Shown here: positions 27,702-40,665 of the stretch, one piece after another
Numbering within the stretch: the stretch's first letter is position 1
Layout of the letters: the number at the start of each line of letters is the position of its first letter
Assembly (NCBI GenBank): GCA_951406725.2
Contig: OX597816.1
Span: 128,650,001-128,714,000 of the forward strand
From: Octopus vulgaris
Taxonomy: Eukaryota
Direction: 5' to 3'
Length of the DNA: 64,000 nt
Notes under the pieces: model-generated
The model's input: the letters and a program-made list of their open reading frames with translations, nothing else
Told to the model about the DNA's origin: nothing
The model's database searches: none
Program-made: the position numbers and the translations under genes

Positions 27702-28800
27702 AAAAAGGGAGGGTTCCCAATGAAGAAAAGCAATAAAAAAGACAGAAAACAAAATAGATTTAAGACATATAAACATAAAAAGAAAATTGCTTGCTATATT
27801 ATTACAGCTTTCTACTGTCAATATCTTAAAGCAGCATTGGATCTTCCCAATTCTGAAAAAGAAACAAAAATAAATCGGTTGACTTTGTCATGAGGATCAA
27901 AAGCTAAAACCAAAGAAAGAACATCTGTCCAATAATTAAAATTAGAAAATTGCACAACAAAGGCATTAGAAAAGATAACAAACCTAAACAATGAAATCTA
28001 TTAGAGTTTGAAGAATCTAATCAGAAATGAACTCCAAAGAGCACTATACTAATAACATAGCAAATCTGATTCACTTACAATATTATGTAATATTTAGAAT
28101 CCCTAATGTATTAAATTGTTAGGCATGTCAAATATAACTCATCACTGAAAATGCAATTTAATACAGATAAATGAATAGGAGTTGCAAGACCAACCAAGCA
28201 ACAAAGCAGATGAGATTTATGACTGTTGCAGCTGAATGGCCAGCTTGAGATCAAGGGAATGTTGCCGAACAAACAGTTGCTTAGATCGCCCATATAACAG
28301 ATAAAATCTAAAATGTATCCCATTATAATAAAATCATTAAGGGCTTTATAATTGTACAATGCGAAACTTCATACACATTTTAGTTTTGGATTACATTTTA
28401 TTGTTTGATACCCTTCCTGGCACCAAACACTATTCCTTGGAGTGGTATGGGTGTATTTATGAAGGAACAATTATTACAATGGCTGTTCACCAAAATTCAA
28501 AGCACTCTCAATCCCCTTTGTATATGTTATATGAAATAGTTTTATGAGTGAATGTTTAAAAGTGCTATGACTGCTTAGAGTCAGCAAAGCAAGACTGTAT
28601 TGATATGAAGTCTATAGATCTAAATTCTATATGAATCAAAGGATCATGACTGATGTGATTGATTCTCAAGGCTAAAGAATAGAAGTTGTAGTATTGTTAA
28701 AGCATGATCTAATATTTGAATGCATCAATCAGCTAGGGATCAATAGAAAGTGCATATAAAGAAGAGGCTCTGTTGTAAATCTGCTGCTCAAAATTAAAGG
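26350..28800 (+). pseudogene. Decayed intron-containing KDZ (Kyakuja-Dileera-Zisupton)-like transposase
   Basis: Exons 26483-26547, 26618-26692, 26752(or 26731)-26824, 26867-26882+27218-27278 (split by a SINE), ~27345-27457, 27542-~27616, then a degraded helical tail. Spliced peptide: WDMNKKQYEIRFGG...QKYFGGGCCFRATLCFIIWNVLTRGEKPFLILISVME...HFVMNMG...TAILKGYLYAYQRTHKSSC...WQPYINPNM...AFYCQYLKAALDL. Motif order parallels the KDZ DGN / G..CRH..GE / YD..C / P.FH..H...C / RY.KA pattern. Confidence 0.55.
26883..27208 (-). mobile_element. tRNA-derived SINE family C inserted in a transposase exon with a 9-bp TSD; related copies at ~36895-37188(+) and ~46185-46445(+)
   Basis: Minus-strand head gtgaaggtgcatggcttagtggctagggt...gttcaattcc. 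TSD ATGTTTCAT at 26874-82 and 27209-17. Confidence 0.85.
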
Positions 28801-29639
28801 TACATCCAGTGCAAATGTTACTAAGTCCTTAATATAGAAGGATAAAAAGAACCCATGATATGAGCAGAACTATGAACACACTTATACATCATTAGAAGTG
28901 CTCATACTATTTTTTGAGAAATATTCAGTTATGTAAAATTTATATAGTGATTTTCAGTGGTCTTCCAACTAATCGTATTAATACAGTATAGTGTGCATAA
29001 CTCTGAGCATATTTTTGATGATGTCAAAATCTGACCAAGCTGTGTTCATATACAAATAATATCCATATCCAACAGAATTACTTATAACCACTCATTTTTT
29101 AATTAATTACTAAAAGGATGAGAATAGGTGCAAATGTCTTGTGTAAACCCTATCAGATTAATTGATGCTCAGTATCAACTTCTGTAGGTTAATACCATTA
29201 GGAAAATACCTGTGTGTGGAAATAATTTTAAATGATTACAACTCTAGAAAGGAATGATCAGGTATGGTGATTAGTGGAAGCTCTAGAGAGTGAGACACAA
29301 CAGGGCTAATGAAAGGAAGATGGATCCATTCAACATAATTCTTCAGAACAGTGATCTCAGAACACTGGACAATGCAAAGAAAATGATTTTGTTCTCTTTG
29401 CCTTTTAGCTATTTCCAGCCAAGGCAATTGCTGTTTGGACACAAAAGAGTTTGTCTTAAACTAGTAGCAACCTTCATGCATGCAGTGAATGATAATAAGT
29501 GTTTCTAACATAAATACAAAGCCTGATATTTGAGGGAATGAGTTAGGTGATAAAATTGACCTATGCTTGACTGGTACTCTATTTTATCAACCTCAGAGAA
29601 ATGAAAGGCAAAGCAAGATTTGGACTCAGGAAATTGACA

Positions 29640-29955
29640 GAATATTTAGTAAACAGTGAACAAAGCCTGCTATAGTATGCTGCTAATGCAGAAGGCTTTA
29701 CCAAAAATAGAGTTGAAAGTGCTAATGAATTCTGATCATGTATAACCAACAAGAGAGAAAAAATACTACTCTTCAAGGAACTATAGGGTCAGTACTATCA
29801 TGAAGCTAATAACTTTAAAAAAAAGCAGGAAGCATCATGCAACGATGAGCTTAAAAAGAGGACTGAAAGCCTGATCATTGCTACCCAGGACTAGGCTTTG
29901 AATACCAACTCAATAAAAAGGGACATGTACCATACAAATGCAATGAGCTTCTGTT
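29640..29955 (+). mobile_element. Degenerate R4-like LINE fragment
   Basis: LKKRTESLIIATQD*ALNTNSIKRDMY matches the LK.ETE..I.AAQDQAL.T motif before the zinc knuckle. Confidence 0.65.
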
Positions 29956-29994
29956 ACCCAGTGTGCTAACAATTCAGCCAGCTCACTTCCTTAG

Positions 29995-30540
29995 TCACAT
30001 GCTAGCAAGTCCGTTGGATGTGCAATGTGCAACAGAGTAGAAGAGTTTTAAGAGAAAAATTGGGTATAAGGAGCATCAGATGTAGTGTGCAGGAGAGAAG
30101 ACGGTGCTGGTATGGTCATGTGATGCATATGGATGAGGACAGTTGCATCAAGAAGTGCCAATCTTTAATTTTTGAAAGAACATGTGGAAGAAGTAGACCC
30201 AGGAAGATGTGAGACAAAGTGGTGAAATGTGATCTTCAGATGTTCAGTCTCGTGGAGGCAATGACAAATGACTGAGACTTCTGGCGAATTTCTGAGCTTG
30301 AGAAGACATGTCAAACTAAACGAAGTCATGGTCATGGCCAGTACCGGTGACATGTGAATGGCACCTGTGCCAGGGACTCATGACAGGCATCCATGCTGGT
30401 GATGCCTAAAAGGTGCCCAGTACACTCTGTGTGATGGTTGGCTTTAGGAAAGACATCCAGCTGTAAAAAGCAAGCCAAAGTTGACTGGAGTCTGGTGCAG
30501 CTCTTCAGCTTACCATCTCTAGTCAAACCATCTAATGATA
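29995..30540 (+). mobile_element. 3' fragment of an RTE-clade LINE with 3' UTR
   Basis: LREKLGIRSIRCSVQERRRCWYGHVMHMDEDSCIKKC...GRSRPRK. Related 3' UTR pieces lie at ~21115-21450 (-) and ~44590-45025 (-). Confidence 0.8.
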
Positions 30541-30571
30541 ATGATGACTGGTCAGACACTGACCAGTTAAA

Positions 30572-30800
30572 GGTGGGCTGGCAGAAACATTAGCATGCCG
30601 GGCGAAATGCTTAGCAGTATTTTGTCTGCCACTACATTTTGAGTTCAAATTCCGCCAAAGTGGACTTTGCCTTTCATCCTTTTGGGGTTGATTAAACAAG
30701 TACCAGTTATGCACTGGGATCGATATAATCGACTTAATCCATTTGTCTGTCCTTGTTTGTCCTCTCTGTGTTTAGCTCCTTGTGGGTAGTAAAGAAATAA
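30572..30800 (+). mobile_element. tRNA-derived SINE family B (Deu/Nin-like central domain); other copies at ~465-670(+), 3790-3975(-), 5342-5550(-), 5585-5792(-), 9060-9240(-), 11770-11860(+), 31055-31235(+), 43690-43870(-)
   Basis: GCTGGCAGAAAC.TTAG A box, GAGTTCAAATTCC B box, GCCTTTCATCCTTT.GGGGT.GAT.AA..AAGTACCAG domain. Confidence 0.8.
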
Positions 30801-31717
30801 GATAATGATGACTGTTGGACTACAAAAATATCTTGTCCAGAATAACAGAAAATTACTATTCTATGTCCAGCATTCATTTGCTGCACATCACTTTGCAAAA
30901 GATCATACTGATCATCTATTTAAATTGCTAATATTTACAAATATGCTTATTTTCATTTGACAAAAATTTGTGTACATGTGGCTGTTTTTGTTGTTGTTGT
31001 TGTCTGCCTCTTGTTATAAATGTTCAGTTATCATTATTACAATGATAATTATGATGGCGAGCTGGCAGAATCATTAGCACACCAAGCATTTTGTCCGTCT
31101 TTGTGTTCTGGGTTCAAATTTCACTGAGACTAACTTTACCTTTCATTCTTTCAGGATTAATGAAGCAAGTACCAGTTATGCACTGAGGGTGATGTAATCA
31201 AATAGCCCCCTCCCCCAAAATTTCAGACCTTGTCATTATTTTCTCTGCACATATCTGAAGTTATTTCTTTTTTCTCTGTGACATTAGATTTCTTATTTTT
31301 CTCTTTCTTTCTTTCTTTTCATACAATCAATGCAAATATTTTTTCCACAAAGTTTGCAGCAGTGGTGGGATGCTTTGGTTTATGTCAGTCCAACCACCAC
31401 TGTTGTCAAAGAAAGTGCCTTTTTCCTACATCCCCAAGACAAAAACCATACAAAAATATGAGTGTGTGAACTGTTTTACAAATATAAAGATGTAAAATGG
31501 AGGAATACATACTTTCATTATTCTACCTGAGGGCAAAACTGAAGAGGACACTAAAACAGTTCCAAAGTCTTCTATTGGTAAATAATTATCCAAAGAAACT
31601 TTCTTTCATTGAATACAATCAAAGTAAATTCAGTTCCTGTACACAACATGCAATCCAAATCACAAATAATAATAATAATGATAACAATAATAATAATAAT
31701 AATAATGATAATAATTA

Positions 31718-34700
31718 TCGTAGCACCAAAATGTTTTTGGAAACTAAAAGGAAAACTAAATCAGTATACCAAATCGCTTGTCCTATGGTTAATCTGGAAG
31801 CGCATCCCCCAGGGAAGAGCCAGCCTGGGATCAAAAAGTCATCAACTGGCACAAACTCTTCTCTGAATACGGACATGGATGGTCACTTGAACGGAAATCC
31901 CCCAACTCGAGCCCTCCAAGTTCACCACCACAACCACCACAGAAAGAAAAATGTAAGCGGAACAAATGGACCCGAGAAGAGTATAAAGAAGTAATATACG
32001 CTTATTACTATGCATTAGGTAGGCCATCTCAAGAGAGACACACCGCAAACTCTTACAGTATATGGAGAACACGGAATCAAGACAGTAGGCCCTATTTGGA
32101 CGAGAACAAATTAGCAAATGTGAGGAGGGATATCTTTAGAAATAACAGACTCACAGACAGTGAAATAAGCGCGATCAAGCACGCAACGGAAAATGACATA
32201 AATATAAGACACAAGGGAAATGAAGAATCAGATGAACAGTATAGCCCGCCACGAGGCTTAATTGAAAGACTGCCATCTGACCAAAGTACGCAAAGGCCTG
32301 AAGATACAAGAAATTCTATTGTACCAGTTAAAGATAGCCAGGAAAACGAAAAAACAACAGTAACTGAAGATCTTAAATTTGCTGAAGAACACAGAGAGTC
32401 TATGGCAGAAATGAGGCAGAAAATCCTGAATACGCTTGAAGTTGTAAGACATACAAGTATGAATGATAGAGAACCGCTTCATAAACTCTCAAATACAAAC
32501 CAAAATAAAAAACAAATCCAAATTGGCAACTATGTAACAAATGAAATAATACGAGAATTAAAACCTGATTTTACTGAGTTAAATGAAATTATTTACGCTT
32601 CTGCTAGGGCAATTGAAACCAGCTGTATGCCCCCGAAAAAACAAAGAAAACAAAACCTGGGAAGAAATCAAACCTGGAGAAGTAAAATTGAAAAAGAGAT
32701 TGAATTTATGAGAGGGGAAATATCAATATTAAATGAACTAATATGTGGAAATGATGTAAGATCCAGAACAGGAAGAAAGATGAAGAGAAAATTTGGATCC
32801 TCACCAAGAGAAGAACTGATATCAATAAAAGAAACGCTGAAACAAAAAGTCCAAGCAAAAGCCCAAAGAATACGAAGATTTGAGAAGAGAAACAAGTTTT
32901 ACAAGCAAAATAAGCTGTTCACATCCAATGCCAAAAAATTCTACAGAGAAATAGGGAAGGAGAAAGTAACCATTGAAGACCCCCCTCCCATGGAAGAAGT
33001 TCAAAACTTTTGGAAAAGGATTTGGAGTGACAAGAAGATGTACAACATAAATGCAGACTGGATTATACAAACTGAAGGATCCTACCAAAATTTACAACAA
33101 CAAGCATGGGAAGACATCACAATAGCAGACCTAAGAAAGGCACTCACGAAGGCCCATAATTGGAAATCCCCCGGTAAAGATAGGGTGCCGAATTTCTGGC
33201 TCGCATCGCTCCCATGCGCACACGGTAAGCTAGTTCAGCTGCTCAATGGAATTATGAGAGACCCAAAGAAAACACCTGAATGGTTAGCAAGTGGCATTAC
33301 TTACCTACTCCCAAAGAATAACGAAACCAACCTTCCAAAAAACTATCGGCCTATAACCTGTCTATCCACCACGTATAAAATCCTAACATCTATCCTGGCG
33401 GAGAAAACATATGCATTCATGGAGAAGAACGATATTTTCCCCATTGAACAAAAAGGGTGCCGCCGAGGCTCTTACGGATGCAAAGATCAACTGCTAATCA
33501 ATCGTATGATCCTTGAGAACTGTCACAACAAGCGCAGAAATCTCAGCACCGCATGGATTGGCTATAAAAAGGCCTTCAACAGTATACCGCATCCATAGAT
33601 CTTGAGATCGCTGGACATCTTCAAAATTTCCCCTGTGATTTCAAACTTCCTGAAGCACAATATGTCGTTGTGGAATACGAATCTCCAATTGTACCACTCT
33701 AATGGAGTACTTGCCTCAGAAAATATAAACAACAACTGTGGAATTTTTCAAGGTGACTCACTTTCACCTTTAATATTCTGTATAGCCCTAATACCCCTTA
33801 CAAGTGAATTAAACAGAACAGGGTATGGGTATAAAATTGCCAATAAAAAAATAAGCCATCTATTTTATATGGATGACTTAAAACTTTATGGTAAAGACAA
33901 TAATGAACTTGAAGGCCTATTGCGCACCATGAAAGCATTCAGCGATGACATCGGGATGGAGTTTGGACTTGAGAAGTGTGCCAAGGCCACTTTCCAGAAA
34001 GGGAAAGTGAAGACCACAAATTCAGTCTTGTTAGATATTGACACAGTCATAATAGAGCTTGAGCAAGAACAAACATACAAATATTTAGGGATAAATGAAG
34101 GCTCTGGTATTCAGCATACAAGCATGAAAGAGAAGATCAGGAAGGAATGTTATAGGAGAGTTCGTGCAGTCCTGAAATCTGAACTAAATGCACGTAACAA
34201 GGTGTTAGCTATAAATTCCTTAGCAGTTCCAGTTGTTACTTATAGCTACAATGTGTTGAACTGGAATATGAGTGAAGTAAAGAATATAGATAGAAAAATA
34301 CGCAAGCTGCTGAGTTGTAATAGGATGCACCACCCAAAGGCAGACGTAGATCGCCTTTACCTTCCCAGAGCCCAAGGAGGTCGAGGCCTGATCCAATTTG
34401 AACTAGCTTACAAAACAACCACAATTGGACTGGCCAAATATCTCGAAATATCGAATGACTGGATGCTAAAGCTCGTGGAAAATCACGAGAGACGAAAGAA
34501 GCTTCATTCTATCATCAAGGAAAGCAAAAAATTTGCTATTGATCTCGTGCAGGATACCCAAACTGAACAACCCGAGGGAAGTACAGCAACTATTGTTGCA
34601 AAGAAGGTGAAAATGATGGCAATGAAAAAAGCGCACGAGCAATTGGCTGATAGGTGGGAGGAGAAACCTCTGCACGGCAAATATGTGACCCACAGCAAAC

Positions 34701-35596
34701 AAGCTGATGTTGACCAGAAGCAAACCCATCAGTGGCTGCGGAGCTCAGGGCTAAAAGCAGAGAGCGAAGATTTCATCCTGGCTGCTCAAGACCAAAGCCT
34801 ATTAACCCGGAACTACCAGGCCAATGTGATGAAAAATGGAGCAGACCCAAAATGCCGATTCTGCAACGACATGATTGAAACAGTGGACCACCTAATCTCT
34901 GGATGTAAAGTCTTAGCACCAATGGAGTATAAATTAAGACATGACAGAGTTGGCCAATATCTCCACTGGCTAATAAGTCGGCATTACAATATCAAAACTG
35001 CCGACAAGTGATATAATCACCACCCTGAGGCTGTAACTGAAGGAGAAAATGTAACCATTCTGTGGGACTTTCCAGTACATACAGACCGAACCATCAAGGC
35101 CAATAAACCAGATATTGTTGTGAAAGACCAAAACAATAAAGTTTGCTTATTGATCGACATGAGCATCCCCTGTGATCATAATATCTCAGCGAAAGAGTTT
35201 GACAAGCTCAGAAAATATAAAGACCTACTCATTGAAATTGAGAAAATGTGGCATCTCAAGGCGGTTACAATACCAGTGATCGTAGGAGCACTAGGAATGA
35301 TCAAGAAGGGAACCGAAAATTATATGAGAATGATCCCTGGCTTATCATCCCTGCAAGAAGTGCAAAAGATTGTCTTAACTGGTACATCACACGTATTGAG
35401 AAGAGCATTGTCGATGTGAGAACTGTTGTTGCTCATGTATTTTAATTTAACTTTAAAAAAAAAAAAAAAAAATGAACGAACTACTGAGTTTGGTTTAATG
35501 GCCTACCAATATACACTATGAGTTTCTTTGCCCTAGGAGTCGGGAAGACACTCGGCAAGAAATGGAAGAAAATTTGAAAGAAGAAAAAAAAAAGTA
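31718..35596 (+). mobile_element. Near full-length R4/Dong-clade non-LTR retrotransposon (RT + CCHC + restriction-like endonuclease), pseudogenized
   Basis: One frame from ~31793 to 35419, broken by stops at 33596 and 35009. Motifs KWTREE, WKSPGKD, NYRPITCL, QGDSLSP, YMDD, CRFC...HLISGC, RHD, NKPDIV, LIDMSIP. Flanked on both sides by (AAT)n, the known Dong target. Confidence 0.95.
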
Positions 35597-35604
35597 TTAT
35601 AATG

Positions 35605-35665
<61 letters not shown>

Positions 35666-35668
35666 TAA

Positions 35669-36005
35669 TGTAGCCATACGAAATGACATGAATGTTGTGA
35701 GTAAAGAGGTTGAAAAAATCACCAAGCACTCTGAATTAAAAGTGGAAATGGCAAGACAGTATGGGATGCGAGAGGGTAATGTAACAGTGATAACAGTGGT
35801 GATCAGAACATTGGGCTCAATCCCATTGAAACTTCAAGACTTCTTAAGGCAACTGGAAATCCCATGCAAGATTGATGTCTTGCAAAAAGCAGCCTTGTTG
35901 GGCATAGCACACATCTTAAGGAAAGTATTATCCTGTTTGAGGTCCTTGTGACTTGATAGATGACTAAAATCTCCGGTGCATTTTTACCTACACTGTGTTA
36001 GAAAG
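35669..36005 (+). mobile_element. 3' fragment (endonuclease end) of another R4-like LINE
   Basis: EKITKHSELKVEMARQY...VVIRTLGSIP...LQKAALLGIAHILRKVLS, bounded by (AAT)n. Confidence 0.8.
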
Positions 36006-36834
36006 GAATGATAATGATAATAATTCCTCAATAGTTCTTTTACATACCTTTCTATTAATAAAAGTGCTGTGAATATAAGAGAAATATCAGAAGGACCTGT
36101 TTTTCATTCATAGGTAATCCACCTATTTTCTGATTGTAATAAGACACTCATATAATTGTCATGCTGAAAGGAGGATGACAAACAGCAATCCATAGTAACT
36201 GTCTCCTTAGATAGTTTTGGCTTGGGAAATTTCTAGAAAGCATTATACATTGCATGACAATGTTTAAGATGTTAAATAACATTTACCCTCAGAAAAAAAA
36301 AAAAAAGAAAATTCTTCAATCATTCAGCACATGATTTCTCAGAAAAAAAGAAAAAAAAAGAAAAGATCTTTTACAATGATTCATTGTGTTAGTCCTTCGC
36401 AAAATAAATGTATTTTAAGGAAGAACTACATTCAACAACATCTTTCTGCAGAATACAGAACAGAATGTCATTGATGGGCATCAAAAGCTGCAAGTCAATC
36501 AATATAACAATTAATTCAAATTTGTTGTTTATAGAAACACATTGAATTATTCATGAATATCAAAAGAAAGGATTTCAGTGTGATGCTTCTCAAACCAAAT
36601 CACTTATCAATGTGCAAATAATATGTTCATTCACTGTTTATCAAATATGTTTGTTATGTCACATTAATGGCATTAAATGGCATTAAAACATTCATGAATT
36701 CTCCAGTGATCCTTAAAGGTTGTTTTATCACTAGAATACAGATGTTGTTTTTGTGACTTCCATAAATTCTTTAGACAATACATTTTTGTAGTCATTGAAA
36801 ATATTTTCAGATTATTAAACTTTATATATAAACG

Positions 36835-36888
<54 letters not shown>

Positions 36889-37207
36889 GTGTGGTGGAGG
36901 CACACAACCTACTGACTAAGTTGTTGCATGCGCAATTGCAACACAGTGGTTTCAATTCCCAGTCAAGTGATGCATTTTTTTCTTGTGCAAAACAGTACAT
37001 TTTATGTTCATTCAGTCCACTCAGCTGTAAATGAGTAACCCTGAAATGAACCTTCGTTTCATTCAAGGGTGATGTTGGCCTGCCAGCTTAACTTGTTGGG
37101 TAACATCATTCAAAAGCTACAACAATGCAAGGAAGCATATGGTGACCAACAGTGTGTAACAACATCAGATAATCTGGGTGGTATAGTGATATATATATAT
37201 ATATATA

Positions 37208-40085
37208 ACAGCAAATATCCAGGGTCTTTATCCGAAAACAAAACAGTGTAAAGTCCCTTTCTTGGAAGAATTAGCAACAGAAAACAACTCCAAAATAATT
37301 GGAATTACTGAAAGTCATCTCAACGAAAACATCCGCAACAGCGAAATCACAATCAATAGATTCAACATCTTCAGATGTGATAGACAAGGCAGATCCCATG
37401 GGGGCGTTATCATGTATATCCATGATACCTATGCATGCATAGAACTTGTCAATGAATCAAATGCCTACTGCAACCTGCTGTGCATAAAAATCATCCAACT
37501 TAATACAGTTGTAACAATAATGTACAGACCGCCAAACAGCCCAACATTATCCTTCACTGAGCCACTGACAAAGCTCCAACAAATTCTGGGAAACATGGCG
37601 AGTCCAATGCCAGACATTATCCTCCTTGGTGACTTCAACTTCCCTAACATCATCTGGCCACATGGACACATACTAAAACTGGGGACAAAAGCTGAACAAA
37701 TACAGGCAGCCAAACTGTTGGAAGTCACAGAGAAATTATACCTCAAACAAATGATGACAGAAGCAACAAGAAATAATAATACGATCGACTTGGTTTTCAC
37801 CAACAACAAGGACACGCTATTTGACCTTCACTCAACCCCAACAATCCTTTCAGACCACAATATTATTGAAATGCATTTACACATTGGTAATGAGCCCAAT
37901 GCCACAACTCTTAAACAAAAGGACATGCCAAAGCTATGCAGGTATGATTATCACCAGGCAAATTGGGAAACTATTAACAACCAGTTACAAATCATTGACT
38001 GGGATCTCTACCTTACTGGGCCAGATAAACACAAGAAATTCTTAAACAAGATCGAAGAAATATGTGCAAAAAATATTCCTCTTAAGAAAACCAAATCCAC
38101 AAAAAACCTGTACCACGGGAGCGAAAGATCCTGATGCGCAAATGGTCAAGACTAAGAAACAAAACATCTAAGCTGACATCAAAACATGAATTACAGAAAG
38201 TCCTTGACCAAATATACAGATTAGAAGACAATCTAAAACAACACTATGATGAAGAACGTAACAATGCAGAAAAGAGAGCCATAGAAAACATCAAGAAAAA
38301 TCCAAAATGTTTCTACAGTTTTGCAAAGAAATACTCGAATACCAAGTCAACAATAGGACCTCTCCAGAGACAAAATGGGGATGTAGTGAATAACCCTATT
38401 GAAATGGCAGAAATGTTGTGTCAACAGTATGAAAGTGTCTTCAGTGAGCCATCTAAAACCATGAAGATCCATGACCCAGGAAAATTCTTCAAGGATATTG
38501 ACCATACTAAACCTACCCTATTGTTGAAACCCCTTTACATGATATGGAGGGAATCTATGGAGAATGGCAAAATACCAAATACATATAAAGAAGCACACAT
38601 AACTCCAATACATAAAGGGGACAGCAAATCAAAAACCAAAGAACTACCGACCAATCTCACTGACATCACACATTATCAAGGTCTTCGAAAGAATAGTTCG
38701 TGGAAAACTGGTTGAGTTCCTGGAATCCAACAATCTGATGAATTGCAACCAGCATGGATTCAGGTTAGGTAGATCATGTCTTTCCCAACTACTGGCACAC
38801 CATGACCAAATCCTAGAAAATCTAGAGAATGGATACAACACAGATGTTATTTACCTCGACTTTGCCAAGGCATTTGACAAGGTAGATCATGGCATCCTGG
38901 GTCACAAACTTCGAAAGCTAGGAATAGGAGGAAAAGTTGGTACATGGATACATGAGTTCCTTACAAATAGAACTCAAACAGTCACTGTGAATGGAACCCA
39001 TTCAACACCATCACCTGTGACCAGCAGTGTTCCTCAGGGTACAGTACTCGGCCCAATCCTGTTTCTCATCCTCATCTCTGACATAGATGAAGATACAACC
39101 AGCAACGTCTCATCCTTTGCTGATGACACCAGGGTCATGAGACAAATCAAAGACGAGGTGGATACAGAGGCCTTACAAAAGGACCTGACCACCATATATA
39201 AATGGCAGGAAACAAACAATATGTTGTTCAATGATAAGAAGTTTGAACTAATTCGCTACGGAACAGATCAAGATCTGAAAAATACAACAAACTACAGAAA
39301 CCCATCAGGACAACAAATAATGGAAAAACAGTATGTGAAAGATTTAGGCATCCACATGGGAACCAACCTAAAATTCAGAGAACACCTTGACTCAGTGTGT
39401 CTTACTGCAAGAAAGTACAGCGGGTGGATCTTGCGCACCTTCAAATCAAGAGATACCTCAACAATGAAAACCCTCTGGAACAGTATGATACTTCCGAGGA
39501 TTGACTACTGTTCTCAGTTGTGGTCACCAACAACAAAGGGCCAACTATCTAAGATGGAATCGCTCCAAAGAAATTTTACCTCATACTTGGCAAAGACTTA
39601 AAACCTTGAGGATGTACTCAATAGAAAGAAGATTTGAGCGATACTGAATTATATACATTTGGAAAATGATAGAGCAAAAGGTGCCAAACTTTGGTATCAA
39701 AACCTACCACTCACTGCGCCACGGAAGATGCTGCCAGCTACCACCAATCAACAAAAAGGCTGGCCAGGCAGCAAAAACCCTGCGAGAATCAAGTCTGTTG
39801 GTTCGAGGAGCACAACTATTCAACTCCATTCCGGTACATGTCAGAAATCTATCAGGATGCAGAGTGGAATCATTCAAATTGCAGCTGGATAGATACTTAA
39901 GCACCATTAGAGATGAACCCCATCTCCCAGGATATACACAACGAGCACAAACTGACTCAAACTCGCTCCTACACATGTCAAAATTAAACAGAGAATACAA
40001 CCTGGCAACCACACCAGACTCTGAGGGTGGAGTCTTCGACTTGGCCTGAGCATGGACTCAAACTCAAATGAAATGAAATGAAATG
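37208..40085 (+). mobile_element. CR1-group LINE ORF2 (APE endonuclease + RT), frameshifted and internally deleted
   Basis: APE motifs ITESHL, YRPP, GDFN, IDLVFTN, SDH. RT motifs QHGFR, YLDFAKAFDKVDH, PQGTVLGP, FADD. (GAAAT)n tail at 40065-40085. Confidence 0.93.
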
Positions 40086-40514
40086 TAATTGTTAAAGAGG
40101 ACAACAAACGTTGAGGCAAGGCAAACATCTCAAGTCACATACATTATTATTATTATTGGAAAAAAAAAATCGAAGTCTTACAGCTGTTTCTGGGATATCC
40201 CAGAGTATGGAATATTCCGTCATCGAAGACAAATAGGGAAAATGAGAGTGGTATAGATTAATGAAATGATGACATAGAGGAGCTTTTATGCTTCTTTTTT
40301 CATCTCCTTATTTCTTTTCTCCTGTCCTCTATGTCATCATTTCATTAATCCATACCCTTCTCATTTTCCCTATTTGTCTCCAATGATGGAATATCCCATA
40401 CTCTGGGATATCCCAGAAACAGCTGTAAGACTTTGAATCTTTTCTAATAATAATAATGTATATGACTTGAGATGTTTGCTTTGCCTTAACATTTATTGTC
40501 CTCCTTGACAATTA
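40086..40514. mobile_element. Palindromic Penelope-like terminal repeats, each arm carrying a degenerate minimal hammerhead
   Basis: ~190-bp inverted arms 40086-40281 and 40325-40514. Plus arm: gtct-CCAATGA-tggaatatccc/gggatatccca-GAAAC-AGCT-G-TA-agac (40376-40431). Minus arm has the same layout with core TCGATGA (40175-40230). Confidence 0.65.
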
Positions 40515-40665
40515 TATATCCACTATATTGGAAATTTTCATTGGCTCCATAACAGCCGTCTCAGCTATAACCTTGGTGCCCTAGTAATCCATTACAGCAT
40601 TTACCTAGTGTATCTAATCATTAAGATCACCTGTGAATCAAACCCCCATATTTTGTATATATATA

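Larger units (their letters stand above)
29409..31567 (+). pseudogene. Two degraded exons encoding a possible PWWP/Tudor-like module, perhaps the 3' continuation of the KDZ-like gene
   Basis: Exon 29409-29448 (ttttag|...|gtttgt; YFQPRQLLFGHKR) joins in phase 0 to exon ~31360-31567 (tttgcag|CAG TGG TGG; QWWDALVYVSPTTTVVKESAFFLHPQDKNHTKI*VCELFYKY; donor gtaaat). Loosely resembles the PWWP start F.xG.LVWAK..xPWWPA.V. Confidence 0.3.

Noticed and set aside
33596-35011. Idea that A-to-I editing rescues the two Trp-to-stop codons of the Dong element, or the stops in the hidden genes
   Set aside because: G-to-A transitions at TGG are the commonest route to stops. The hidden genes also have frameshifts, CAA/CGA-type stops and a SINE insertion that editing cannot repair. 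There is no evidence without RNA data.
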